A stretch of DNA of 64,000 nucleotides from Squalus acanthias. Lineage: Eukaryota. Made by a program: the position numbers and the translations under genes. Within the stretch, counting starts at the first letter, position 1. Each line of letters opens with the position of its first letter. A model generated the notes under the pieces. It saw only the letters and a list, made by a program, of their open reading frames with translations. It searched no databases and was not told where the DNA came from. The DNA is taken from the NCBI GenBank assembly GCA_030390025.1, contig CM059432.1, positions 6,448,001-6,512,000 on the forward strand. The letters are read 5' to 3'. Below are positions 38,812 through 51,014 of this stretch, piece after piece.

Positions 38812-39215
38812 CAGCATGGAGACAGGCCATTCGGCCCAACAGGTCTATGCCGGTGTTTATGCTCCACACCAGCCTCCTCCCACCCTCCTTCTTCTAACCC
38901 CATCAACATAACCTTCTATTCCTTTCTCCCTCTTGTGTTAATCTAGCTTTCCCTTATGCTATTCGCCTCAACTGTTCCTTGTGGTCTCGAGTTCCACATT
39001 CTCGCCGCTCTCTGGGTAAAGAAGTTTCTTCTGAATTCCCTATTGTGTTTATTAGTGACTATCTTACATTTATGGCCCCTAGTTCTGAACTTCCCCATTA
39101 GTGGAAATAGCTTCTCTAAGTCTACCCTATCAGACCCTTTCATAATCTTAAAGACCTCTGTTAGATCACCCTTCAGCCTTCTCTTTGCTGGAGAAAAGAG
39201 CCCCAGCCTGTTTAA
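38812..39215 (-). mobile_element. CR1 3' fragment
   Basis: Minus ORF LNRLGLFSPAKRRLKGDL...RRNFFTQRAARMWNS plus tail. Confidence 0.88.
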
Positions 39216-39568
39216 TCCTGTTTTTATATTCACTATTTGAATTGTTTTAAAAAATGCTATTTCTTTCTTATTATCACAATTGAAACTTTTTTGTTTTATT
39301 CTTTCACTGATCTACCGTTTATTCTGGAGCTGGGACTGTATCTGTCACTGGAACTGTGCCCATGTTTCCATTGTTGTGGATACTGGCCACGATCCTTTGA
39401 ACAAAAGCCTGAAATCTGGGTACTTTAGCTGGATACGAAATGCAGGAATGCGGGTAAAATAATTGTACATTCTGTTCCAGCATATAGATGCAGCGTTAGC
39501 AATATTTTAGTCTCAAAAGAGTCCTCTTCTCGTGTTAACTGATGAAGGAAAACTGATGCATCTGGCAC

Positions 39569-39791
39569 AAAGCAAAATACTGCAGATGTTGGAAATCTGA
39601 AATGATAACAAGAAATGCTGGAAACACGCAGCAGGTCCGGCAGCATCTGTGGAGAGAGGGTTAACATGTTGGGTTCGATGACCTCCCGTCAGAATTGGGC
39701 GCACGGTCATCTACCTGAAACGTTAACCCTACTTTCCTCTCTCCGCAGATGCTGCCCGACCTGCTGAGTGCTTCAGCAATTTCTGTTTTAA
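39569..39791. mobile_element. Fold-back Penelope-derived mini-element with two opposed hammerhead remnants, about 15-bp TSD
   Basis: Inverted arms gcagcaggtccggcagcatctgtggagagagg / cctctctccgcagatgctgcccgacctgctgag. Flanks tgatgcatctggcac (39554-39568) and tgacgcatctgccac (39792-39806). Confidence 0.75.
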
Positions 39792-40174
39792 TGACGCATC
39801 TGCCACGTGAATATGCGAGGTACCACTGCAGATGCGGAGGCAGGAAATTTGGTATCTTGAATTTTTCTGGGAAGACCACAAAATGCACAATAAACCTCTT
39901 TTATTTTAAAAGTTAACATAGCAGGGAGCTTGACATATACACCAAATGTTCATTTTTTTTATTGCAGTGTACATTGCTTTCACTGCACAGCATTATACCT
40001 GCAGTTCTGATTATTTATATCTGATGTGTCCAAATATCTGGATTTTATGGTAAATCGTTAAATACCCTATCCAGTCACCCTAAAATGAATCCAGACTGAA
40101 CGCTGAAGTTTCAGTTCGAGAATGACTTAAGAATTGAAAACATACGACATTTTTTCCTTTTTAAATAAGCATTC

Positions 40175-41490
40175 TTTGCCCTCTCGTTACTGACTCACCC
40201 AGTGGAAGTAGCTTTTTTCTGATTTACTTTATCAAAACTAAATTTCAACCCCTGTATCGGATCTACTCTTAACCTTTCTTGTTGTATTGAAAAGAGCCCC
40301 AGTTTCTTCAGTCTCTCTTCATAACGAACGCTTCTCATTGTTGGGATTGTTTTAGTGAATTTCTTCTGCGCCCGCTCCATGGCCTTAATATCCTTCCTAA
40401 AGTAAGGTGCCCAAAATTGTACACTATGTTCTAACTGTGGCCTAACCAATCATTTCTACAAGTTTATTATTAAATCCTCGGGTTCCACATTTTATTTTAC
40501 ACCTGTATCCGCTTGTCCTCCTACTTTTAAAGATTTGTGTATCAGAACCCTGAGCAGTTTCTCTGCTCCTCTACTCCTTTGGCAGTTTTACCATTCAGTG
40601 TATATGTACTCCGCTTATTCTTCCTCCCAGAATGTGTCACCTCATATTTCTTTGCATCAAATTTTATCTGTCATCTACCTGCCTGATCATCATAGTACTC
40701 TTCACTGTTACAATCCTCTTTATAGTTAACCACGCTCCCTTTTATAGTTTTATCCAGATCATTCATATTTATTATGTTATAAATTATATTCAATGGTCCC
40801 AGCACTGACACCTGGGGCGGGGGGGGTGGGGGGAATACCACTTTTACATCCCTTCAGTCTGGAAAAACAACCATTAACCACTATTCTGTTTTTATCCGTT
40901 ATCAATTTCCTATTTATGCTGCTAACCTCTTGCAATACCATGTCCTACAATTTTATCAACAAACCTTATCAAAGGCATTTATAAAATTCGTATGCACATT
41001 TATTGCATTTCCTTTTTCAATACACTCTGTTATTTCTTCAAAAACCTTTATTAAACCTGACAGGCATGACTAGCCTTGTACAATCCATGCTTGCTGTCGT
41101 ATGTCTTAGTAGGTGAATATTAATTTGATCCTATATTATGATTTCTAAATGCTTACCCAATGTTAGGCTGACTGGTCTATAGTTATCTGTTTTATCTCTC
41201 TCCTTGGACAGCTTGGCAACCCTTCAGTCCCCTGGTACAACTTCCATGTCCAAGGATGTTTGAAAGATTGTGGTCAGAGCCTCTGTTGTTTCCTCTCTGA
41301 CTTGCCTCAGCATTCCATAATGCAAGCGATCAGCGCCTCGTGCCTTTTCCACTTGGAGTTCCCCACTAATTTTTCCTTATCTATATTTATCCTATCTAAT
41401 TGCTGCACCTCCTCCTCTTGCACCCTTTCATTGCTACTGTCACACCATTCTGTGAAAACAGTGGCAAAGTACTCTTAACATCTTTGCCGT
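40175..41490 (-). mobile_element. Old CR1 LINE, heavily degenerate
   Basis: Minus ORF MVRPQLEHSVQFWAPYFRKDI...LKKLGLFS and NYRPVSLT remnant near 41160-41185. Confidence 0.8.
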
Positions 41491-42779
41491 TCACCCTTTA
41501 TAAAGTTAAACTTTCTCAAACTGCATGCACTGAATAATTATTTTTTGAAACGTGTCTCCCTGATCTCTCGCACCACTTGGCTTGAAGTATGATTCCTGTC
41601 CAATGTCTGGTTGTGGTCAAAAAATGGTTCAGGTGGCCAGTTAGATCTCCTGGGTACTTAACAGACGATTTGCAGATTATTATTAATGTTTTGGAAAGAA
41701 AATGGATGCTGCTGCCTCTGCTATTTAAAAAAAAAAAAATTACCTGCTGGAAGTGGGGCTTCATGCGGGCATGCAAACACAGATTCACAGAGCTTTCTCC
41801 TGGCAGCCACAGTGTAATGTGCGGCATAACTGGTGTTACTAACTGTGATCTGCATTTGTGCAGTACCAGTGTCGGACCAGTATTGCAGTACGACTGTAGT
41901 GTTGGTCTCTGTTTACTAATTCTCTTCCATTCACTGTATGCTTATGTTGCACATTTTTTCATCCAATGTGCAATTGTTGGTATTTTAAGTTTAATTTGCC
42001 ACTTGTTTGCCCAATCGCAAAACTGATCTAAGTCCTTCTGCCAATCACTGACTGCAACCTCTACTTTGCTGTCTTCAAATTTAACCCGCCTATATTTCAT
42101 TTATACATCCAGTTCATGTATATGAACAGCAGGGCTCTAATAACTACCCTGTGTGATTAGACCTATAATTAGAAGTCTCCCATGTGGAACCTTATCAAAG
42201 GCCTTCTGAAAATTAATATTTACAGTCAATATTATAGTGGTATGGGAACAGTTAGTTTTTAAAAACAAAAAACATGTTATTTAGAGCTTAGCAAAGTAAT
42301 CTGGTTATTTTCTATTGTTTGGTTAAAAAGAATTTAAATCCCGTGTTGGAATTTTTTTAAGCTCAAGACAACCATCTTAAAACACCATCTGTTGAGTGGT
42401 AGGGCATAGATTTGTGCATAATGTGAGTTACTAATTTCTGCCATGTCATTGTGGTGACACTCAACAGAGACCAGATGTTCCCCTCTTACTCCCCGCGCCC
42501 CCCCCCGCCCCACCCCCGGTCCACTGGGAGGATAAACTGGAAGGCAAGTCACCACCAGGTCACCCTTGTTTGAGTGGTAGAGGCCTGGCAGCAAGTCGTT
42601 TACCTTCTCTTCTACATTGGGTGATCAACTTCTGCCGAATCCAAAATGGAACGGGGTGGGGCTTGAAGTCAGAGTGTTGGTTCGTCATGAAAATTGTGTG
42701 GTGATTTGTTTTGTTCAAGAAAAAAAATTGCACTGTACATGCTCGGGCAGTGTGTAAAAGAGGATTGGGCACTTGAGCC

Positions 42780-43155
42780 ACGAGGAGAGAATAAGGAAAC
42801 TGGGAGTGTTCCTATGAATGCTTACACTGCAGACGAGAAGGCTTAGACCTTAAAGTGTTCACAATTCTAGAGGCTACAGATAAACTGAAACATAATAAAC
42901 TGTTTGACACAAGTGTAAACTCTATAACCAGTGGGCATGGAAAAGCTTTGAAGCGCTGAGGTAAGAAAGAAGGATAGATTGGTGAACATGTGGAATGGAT
43001 TGCCCAGTGAGGCAGATCATGTCAGCAAATTCTAGAGACGGCTGGATAGTTTTTTTTGACAGAAGAAGTAACTGAGATGCATTATTGTATTTTTGTAACT
43101 TCAGGACCGGCTAGATGGACTGCAATGGAGTCTTTAATCCATGTACATTCCTATG
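42780..43155 (+). mobile_element. Very old CR1 3' fragment
   Basis: RRRLR-, RLVNMWNGLPSE-like remnants and a CATTCCTATG tail. Confidence 0.55.
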
Positions 43156-43957
43156 TTTTTAAAGTTTAAGTCCATTCATTATATTACATTCTGCTGTTAG
43201 ATTGACAAACTTTTTCGACTGCATGTGCATGAAACCTTGTGAATGCTTTTTAAAAATACAATTATCGCCAGCCTCTAAAACACAGTTTTAAAATGAGCTG
43301 AGCAACAGGCAGTTTGCCTCCAAAAGCCACACTGTAAAGTTAAAAGGAGATAAATGGGTGTGGATTTTACCTTGGAGTAGTCTATGGTATGTACAAGTGA
43401 GAGAGGAAGAGGAGATAATGAATTTCACTCAAGTATTGATTATGAATATGAACTAGCTGGAAAAACCTGCTTTTTTTTTTAAGATTCTACCAGCACAATT
43501 TTGCTAACTAGAACACATGAATCATAAAGTGGTGTTCAAATTTTGTGCAGCATTTGCACGTTAAAGTGGGTACTTTGGAGTAAATTTGAAGACAATGTTT
43601 GAATTTGTTTTGAATTCTGGAATATATATTTCACAAAAAAATGCCATCCTTCAACAAATTGTATTACTGTTATTAACTTTTCAAGCTACATCAAACTTTA
43701 TTGACTATATAAGTAACTAAAATTAGACATTAACTGGTGAAATGGTGACTCAAATTGTATAGTTCTCTTGTGCAAAACCTGTATTATGTCACATTACTTG
43801 AATAGGAGAATGCTTTAGATAACCTCTGTTCTCTTTCCCTGATAAGCCTTTGTGTAAAAGGCTATGTAAATACAAATAGGCATTCACATATAGTGTTGTA
43901 ATCTCTGAATTCCATCCTTTTGGAACTTAAGTTTTATTTGTCTTCCTTTGTTGGCAG

Positions 43958-44045
43958 GAGACGTACACAGAGATAGCTGGTGTGCAGCGCTTTGGGGCCT
44001 TCTACATGGATTACCTGTATACAATGGAGTGCAGTAGTGGCAAAG
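43958..44045 (+). CDS. VPS13B: VPS13B coding exon (approx. human exon 12), 88 bp, phase 0 in / phase 1 out
   Basis: tcttcctttgttggcAG acceptor, AAAG|GTATTG donor. Encodes ETYTEIAGVQRFGAFYMDYLYTMECSSGK plus one G. Confidence 0.95.
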
Positions 44046-45411
44046 GTATTGCTCTATTTTCTCTTTGATGTTTGCTTCCCTCCCCTTGAACTACACAAAC
44101 AAAAGTTTCTTCATAGCCATCTGGTCCTTGACCTGGCTGTTGACCTCTCTTTTACCTCAATCTGACCAGGGTAGTCTGATGAGATTATATCTTCAAAATA
44201 TATGTACAGGATAAGCATTGCAGAACCATTGAATATGAATTAAATTGCAAAGAAATGGGCTTTTGGCCAGCTCGCATGGTCAGTGCTTTTTATAATCACT
44301 GGTTCCCTGGTGTGTATTCTCTTTAACTACAAAAGTGATGCTTCTACAGATACAATAAAACTTACCACTGCAGTGTTAAACCATACAGTGCTCAGTATTT
44401 CATAAGAATTGGTACTTTTTCTGTGGTACCAAAGTTTGTTACATTAACTGAAGATTTGTTATTTAGTAGTCCCAAGAGCAGTTTTGTGACATTAATATTC
44501 ACAAAAAAAAATAACTTGAGCATATTCTCCTTGTACTATATGCAACAGGGTAAATTTTAGTCACTAGCTGTGGCCTGGCTAGCCAAAAGAAAAGAAAGGT
44601 TACACAGCCTCCAATTAAATCAGTTCGTACTTGCATCTGAAATGTCTTGATATTTTTTATTTTACTGAGGCATGTTCTGCTGGTTTTTTTTGTTTTAGGT
44701 AAATTGGAAGGACTCCATAATTACAGTAGACCCACTGGGAAATGGATCTGAGCTGAATTTGGAGCTATTCCAAAAGTATTATAGGCATGATAATTTTTAT
44801 AGTGCTTCAACAACAAATAAAGTAGCGTGCTTGTTAGTCAAATGTAAATCTTCAGTTGCAGCAACACAAAATCAATGAACACAGAAAAGTTAAAAACATT
44901 CCATGTGCTAATAAAATTAGACTGTTGTGAAGATGAAACAGTTAACATACTACTGTATAATGTGCGACCCAGCACAACACATCAAATTCAAGTGATGGAC
45001 TGCTGGGCTCTTGAGAGGAACCTACTTCTCTCTCCACACCACCCCCCCACCCCCCCCAAATCCCCTGAAGATGTCAACATGCTAAGTATGGTTCAGTGGA
45101 TGTTGACAGCGCTTTGGTACCTTGCCTAAAAACTTACCTTCTAGGTTGAGCCCATTTTGGGAAAGTTAGCAGGTTGTGCATTACAGCTGAGTGTCGTCTT
45201 ATTCTCACCCAGTGCTGCATGTGCACAGTTTTTTCAGCAGGGGATTACTTTTTAGCAATCAGGTGTGATGATGTTGGCTAATTGATTTTTTTTCCCCCCT
45301 CTTTCTGTAGCTTGGGGACACTATCAGTTATAGCACCTCAACATTACACTAGTTATGTTTATCTAACTTAGCACAGACCAGGGTCAAACTGGGACCTTGT
45401 TGGTATAAAAG

Positions 45412-45859
45412 AAAGAACAAACTTGCATTTATATAGCGCCTTTCACGACCACCGGACGTCCCAAAGTGCTTTACAGTCAATTAAGTACTTTTTGAAGTGT
45501 AGTCACTGTAATGTAGGAAACGCGGCAGCCAATTTGCACACAGCAAGCTCCCACAAACAGCAATGTGATAATGATCAGATAATCTGTTTTAGTGATGTTG
45601 ATTGAGGGATAAATATTGGCCAGGACACCGGAGATAACTTCCCTGCTCCTCTTCGAATAGTGCCATGGGATCTTTTATGTCCTCTTGAGAGATCAGACGG
45701 GGCCTCGGTTTAATGTCTCTTCCAAAAGACAGCACCTCCAACAGTGCAGCACTGGAGTGTCAACCTAGATTTTTGTGCTCAAGACCCTGGAGTGGGACTT
45801 GAACCCACAACCTTCTGACTCAGAGGCGAGGGTGCTACCCACTGAGCCACAGCTGACAC
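45412..45859 (-). mobile_element. SacSINE1/DeuSINE-like SINE, full length
   Basis: Minus strand begins GTGTCAGCTGTGGCTCAGTGG (A box), then GGTTCAAGTCC (B box), central domain and L2-type tail. Confidence 0.9.
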
Positions 45860-46532
45860 TATATAGATGCCTCAGTACTAATGTGGTGTTTTTACACATT
45901 TTCAGAACACAGCAAGATCAGTGCTGGCGATAGTGGGCTGCTTGGGTCACGCGAACCCACAGTGCACTGAAATGACAGCCCAATTTTGTGGGATTTAGCA
46001 ACATTTGAATAATTCGTATTGGCTCCCAGCATAGTTTTGGCTTTGTGCGACAGCTAACCTAATGGGACGGTGGGGGTTGTTCAAAATCTGACCAGCAGCT
46101 CAAAAAATAGAAATATACACACACAAAGGTAAGTGGCTGCATATAGGGGCAAATATTGTATCAGCCATATAGAACTTCAAAATGGAGAGCCATTTGAACC
46201 CCTGAAGGAATTCCTATGCTGGCCACTTTGGCTACTGCAGCTGAAATAGAACCTGAAAGCAAAATAAATGTTGTACTGCAAAAATCAGATTTAAATAGCA
46301 ACATCATTTAATTTAAAAAAAAAGGGGATGCTCCCCTTTAAGAAGCCATCCACATGTTGCTACACCTGTTTCCAGTGGGTGGTGGCATTGTCGGCAAGGA
46401 GATGGTGAGAAAGCTGCAAGGTCTAGCAAAGAAACTTCAATGAAATTTGAAGCCTTAAGGAGGATTGTGCTGGCTGTTAGTGCAACCTGTAAAATTCCAG
46501 CCTTTTTCTCTGCTGAAAAATGTGGTCCATCG

Positions 46533-46696
46533 CTCCGTTCCCTGTAATTTTTTTTGGCCCTGTGCGGCCCCTTTAAGGGGCTGTGCGGGCCAATCAAAGT
46601 ACCGCGCATGCGCGGTTTTTACATTGAAATGCCGACAAGCCCACTGTGCGGGTTCCCTGGAGCAGTGCGCCGCCACACACCTTACAGGGAACACTG
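46533..46696. mobile_element. hAT-like MITE with degenerate 8-bp TSD
   Basis: Ends GTTCCCTGTAA / TTACAGGGAAC; flanks gtccatcg / gtccactg. Confidence 0.7.
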
Positions 46697-46802
46697 GTCC
46701 ACTGTGAATTGGGCACGAGAGCCTGTGCAATTGATTTTGCCACCTGCATTCGCCAGTAATCAAGCTTCCTGCTCCCAGTGGGAACATCAGACGATGTGTT
46801 TA

Positions 46803-47195
46803 ACATACGAGCAATGACGGACAGGAAAAGACCCTCTGGCCCATCCAGTCTGTCTCACACAGTTGCAATTCCGAGTGCAATCGCAATATATAGACTCCGC
46901 ACCTCACCCGAAACCATGTGATCTGCTGGAAGAGGCGAGAAACCAGATTGAAAAACAACCTCAGGCCAATTTGGGGAAACCAAATTCTGGGAAATTCCTC
47001 TCCTTCCTCCTTAGGCAATCGAAACTAGTCCAGGAGATCACTCTGGCCCCGATAATGCTATGCAGTACCTAGCTCTTGCATGAGGTGATCTCCGCCCCCC
47101 CAAGCCAGAAACAGGTCCAGCTCTCTCGAAGGAATTCAGCGAATCGGCGTGCACCCCACTTGACGGCAGCCCGTTCCAGACCAGGAGTCCACTGT
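46803..47195 (-). mobile_element. CR1 3' end of a different subfamily (long 3' UTR)
   Basis: Minus frame LLVWNGLPSSGVHADSLNSFER and tail GGATGGGCCAGAGGGTCTTTTCCTGTCCGTC. Confidence 0.65.
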
Positions 47196-47411
47196 TCCCT
47201 TTTAGGGATGTAAACAAAGCAGCTGCACGAAGATAATCTGATATTAAATAAATATTTTCTTTGCTAGATTCTGCTAGCAGACAAAAGACTATCAGACCTT
47301 TCCACGTTAACAAGTTTAAGATATTTGGATTCCCGAGACTTCATGCTTTCATATGTGCAAATTGCAGGGTTTTCAAAAACACCCTGTTAACATTCAACGT
47401 GAGCTTTTAAA

Positions 47412-47880
47412 AAGAAAGAAAGACTTACATTTCTATAGCGCCTTTTACGACCACAGGATGCCTCAAAGCGCTTTATAGCCAATGAAGTACTTTTGGAGTA
47501 TAGTCACTGTTGTAATGTGGAAAATGCGGCAGCCAATTTGCACACAGCAAGCTCCCACAAACAGCAATGTGATAATGACCAGATAATCTGTTTTAGTGAT
47601 GTTGATTGAGGGATAAATATTGGTCAGGACACCGGGGATAACTCCCCTGCTCTTCTTCGAAATAGTGCCATGGGATCTTTTACATCCACCTGGGAGAGCA
47701 GATGTGGCCTCAGTTTAACGTCTCATCTGAAAGACGGCACCTCCGACAGTACAGCGCTCCCTCAGCACAGCACTGGAGCATCAGCCTAGATTTACGTGCT
47801 CAAGTCCCTGGTGTGGGACTTGAACCCACAACCTTCTGACTCAGAGGCGAGTGTGCTGCCCACTGAACCACAGCTGACAC
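47412..47880 (-). mobile_element. SacSINE1/DeuSINE-like SINE, full length
   Basis: Colinear with 45412-45859; A box variant TGGTTCAGTGG and B box GGTTCAAGTCC. Confidence 0.9.
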
Positions 47881-48851
47881 TATAATTAAATAGAAATTGT
47901 ACAGAAATTTGTCTCAATTTATTTACCAGTATTCGAATATATCTGTATGCATGTTCTTGGAAAATTATTAGAAGCATTGCTTCAAATCCTTCACTTTTTC
48001 TCTGTTGCGGGGTATGGGGAAGAGGGGAAGAAAGAGTGCTGTGTTACATTGAGATGTCTTGCAGTTAGTGTGGGTGCATATTCGGTTGCCTTAGCTGCAT
48101 TTGATTTTAAAAATACATGATTCATCCACCGCCCACCATTCACAGGGTTTGAAATATGGAGAGAGCTGATTTTGGTCCATTTGTTTGTTTTGAGGAACAG
48201 CAGTAAGGTAATACTGAGATCATATACTCCAAGAAGGTTATGTCAATATGAACTGAGGTGATAATAGTTTCCTGTTTGAAAGTTTGTTTAGCTAGATAGT
48301 CATCTCTTGTAAATTATTTTTATCTTTTTAAGGGCCTTGCAGACTTCCCAAGGTTAATTTTTTCAGAGTGCTAATAGGTTTGAGTATGATAAAAATAGGA
48401 ATAATCAATTCGAGATAACTGTTTCTGTTTCAATTATCCTCGCTACCAGGCCTGTTACTAACAGTTCAATTTTGTTTACATATGAAGCTGGAATGAAACT
48501 GCTACAGTGCACTCTGGCCCAAGGAAGAAACATGTGAGCAGGACTCTTTTAAAATCTTCATTGCAACAGCTTCACTGTTTGATGCTCGATTCTAGGCCTG
48601 AAGATCCATGTACACTTTTAAAGGGGAGGACTTCTGTCGACCGCTTTGCCAGTCCAGTAACATGTCCCAAACTGGGCCATGTGCATATGCACGGGTGGAC
48701 AGCATTCATTGGGGCTTAACATTTCTGGGACCTTTGAGGTCCACAACTGAACCCATCTCAGCTGACGCGAGATCTGTAGGTCCGGACAGGGTGCACTGGG
48801 CAGAATTTGCCAGAGTAGCCCAGGAGTGACCCCAAACTGCTGCTGTGATTC

Positions 48852-49050
48852 CACAGAACTTTACAGCACAGAAACAGACCATTCGACCCAACAGGTCTAT
48901 GCCGGTGTTTATGCTTCACACGAGCCTCCTCGCACCGTACTTCATCTCAGCCTATCAACGTACCCTTCTATTCCTTTCTCCCTCATGTACTTATCCAGCT
49001 TCCCCTTAAATGCATCTATGCTATTAGCCTCAACCACTCCCTGTGGTAGC
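48852..49050 (-). mobile_element. CR1 3' fragment
   Basis: SLPQGVVEANSIDAFKGKLDKYMREKG plus tail. Confidence 0.85.
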
Positions 49051-49949
49051 GATGTTCTGGTGCGATGGAAGATGTGCCTCCTCTCTTGGACTGGGATTTT
49101 TGGTGTTTCTGGGCTCCCCTCCAAATTGTGCTCTCCCTGCTGTGATAGTGACGCAATGTATTTCCTCTCTCTTAAGCCCCTTGGAACTTCAGGTCCACTA
49201 GGTTTAGAGGTAGGATTGCTGACTTCTGTATAAAATCTTTCGAATGAAATGACTTCCACTTTATTTTTTAAAATAAATTATTGAGAACATTATTGATTAT
49301 AATCACTGAGAACATGAATAATAATCACTTACGTTTGTATTAAATCCAGTTTAAAATGGCTGAAATATGGTGTCCCATGTTGTGAGCTCCTAATCTAGCA
49401 GATCTGTTAATGGAGTACTGTTAGGAGTGACGTTTTCAGTTAAGTGTCATGCTATCGCACTCTAGTTTTAGTCTATGGGCCAATGGGGAGGTACCTTGAG
49501 CCAATAATTTAGTTTTTTTATGGTGTAGCAGGGGAGGCTGGGATAACCCTCCTTCCAAGTATTCACTGTCACTGACTCAGATCAGAAGCCGTCAATAATT
49601 TATTGAGGGAGAGCCGAGTGGGCGATGGCAAGGAAGGCAGCCAGATTCTATACCCACTGCTGCTGGGTGATGTTTAACTGCTGGCTGTAAACATTGTCAC
49701 TCAGGCATTATATGGTGAGGAGGTAGGGGTTGGGAGAAGAGGGACTGAAGGCAGGTGAGAATTTCCATTGCAAAATAGATAGAAAGTCGGGGAGAGGGGC
49801 AGCCAATCTGTGTTTTCCTTGTGCACCTCCTGATTATTTGGTAACCAGCAGTAGCAGGGAGGCGTTGACTTTCCCTCTCGGTTTGGAAAAGGTTGCATGC
49901 TGTCTGTCACCTGAAAGAGACCAGCGAAATGAAACGTGAAATGTTTAAA

Positions 49950-50328
49950 AAAAAACTTGCATTTCTATAGCACCTTTCACAACCTCAGGACGTCCCAAAG
50001 CGCTTTACAGCCAATGAAGTACTTTTTGAAGTGCAGTCACTGTTGTAATGTAGGAAACACGGCAGCCAATATGTGCACAGCAAGCTCCCACAAACAGCAA
50101 TGTGATAACAACCAGACAATCTGTTTTTGTGATGTTCGTTGAGGGATAAATATTGGCCAGGACACTGGGGAGAACTTCCCTGTTTTTCTACGAAATAGTG
50201 CCATGGGTTCTTTTACATCCACCTGAGAGAGCAGTGGGGGCCCGGTTTAACGTCTCATCTGAAAGACGGCACCTCTGACACTGCAGCACTCCCTCGGCAC
50301 TGCACTGGAGTGTCAGCCTAGATTTTTG
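49950..50328 (-). mobile_element. SacSINE1/DeuSINE-like SINE lacking the tRNA head
   Basis: Colinear with the body and tail of the full copies. Confidence 0.85.
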
Positions 50329-51014
50329 TTAAATCCAAATTAAGCTTGAAAAATATTTATTAATAGTTTTGAAAGTATAAATAATGCAGAAACACGACTG
50401 ATCAAATGTATTTAGCCATGTATTTTTTGCATTTTATTATCTGATGTCACAAGGACAGCTGATGCCTGCTGTTCAAAGTAAACTGAAGGGCTTGCCAGAA
50501 ATTTTTGAGATGTAGAACATAAAGGCTACAGTTGCTCTGCAGTAAAAACTTTTGGCGTGCTGTCAGTTTTTGCACTCCGCTGGGAAGAAAGATATTAGCA
50601 ACAAACGAGTGAAGAATGGCTGATGTACTTTTGTTTTCAGAGGAGAAGAGAAACCCTGTGCACACACAAGGTTGTTAATGTAATATTACCTGCCGCTTAA
50701 ATCGACAGATGGCACCAATTAAATGCGAACGTGTGGAGATTGCAGTTGTGAGGTGAATTCGGAACAACCCTTTTAAATTAAAAATACAAATGCAGCCAGT
50801 AGTGCCAAGTGAAAAATCATTCGAGAAGGGTGGGAAGAGGCTCGTGTGGAGCGTAAACACCGGCGTGGACCTGTTGGGCCGAATGGCCTGTTTCTGTGCT
50901 GGAAATACTTTGTAATACTTTGTAATTGAAGTGTCAGTGTGACTCAGTGGGAGCCTCTATGAATCATGGGTTCAAGCCTCATGTCACGGTTGATTCTTCA
51001 GCGCAGCACTGAGT

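Noticed and set aside
45050..45405. Ancient SINE-like remnants (similar traces near 14340-14530 and 37890-37990)
   Set aside because: Too degenerate to define boundaries or a family by eye; needs a profile-HMM (Dfam) search.
45790..45859. tRNA gene (also 47810-47880)
   Set aside because: The A and B boxes are the head of a repeated SINE that continues into a shared body and L2-type tail; no convincing cloverleaf.
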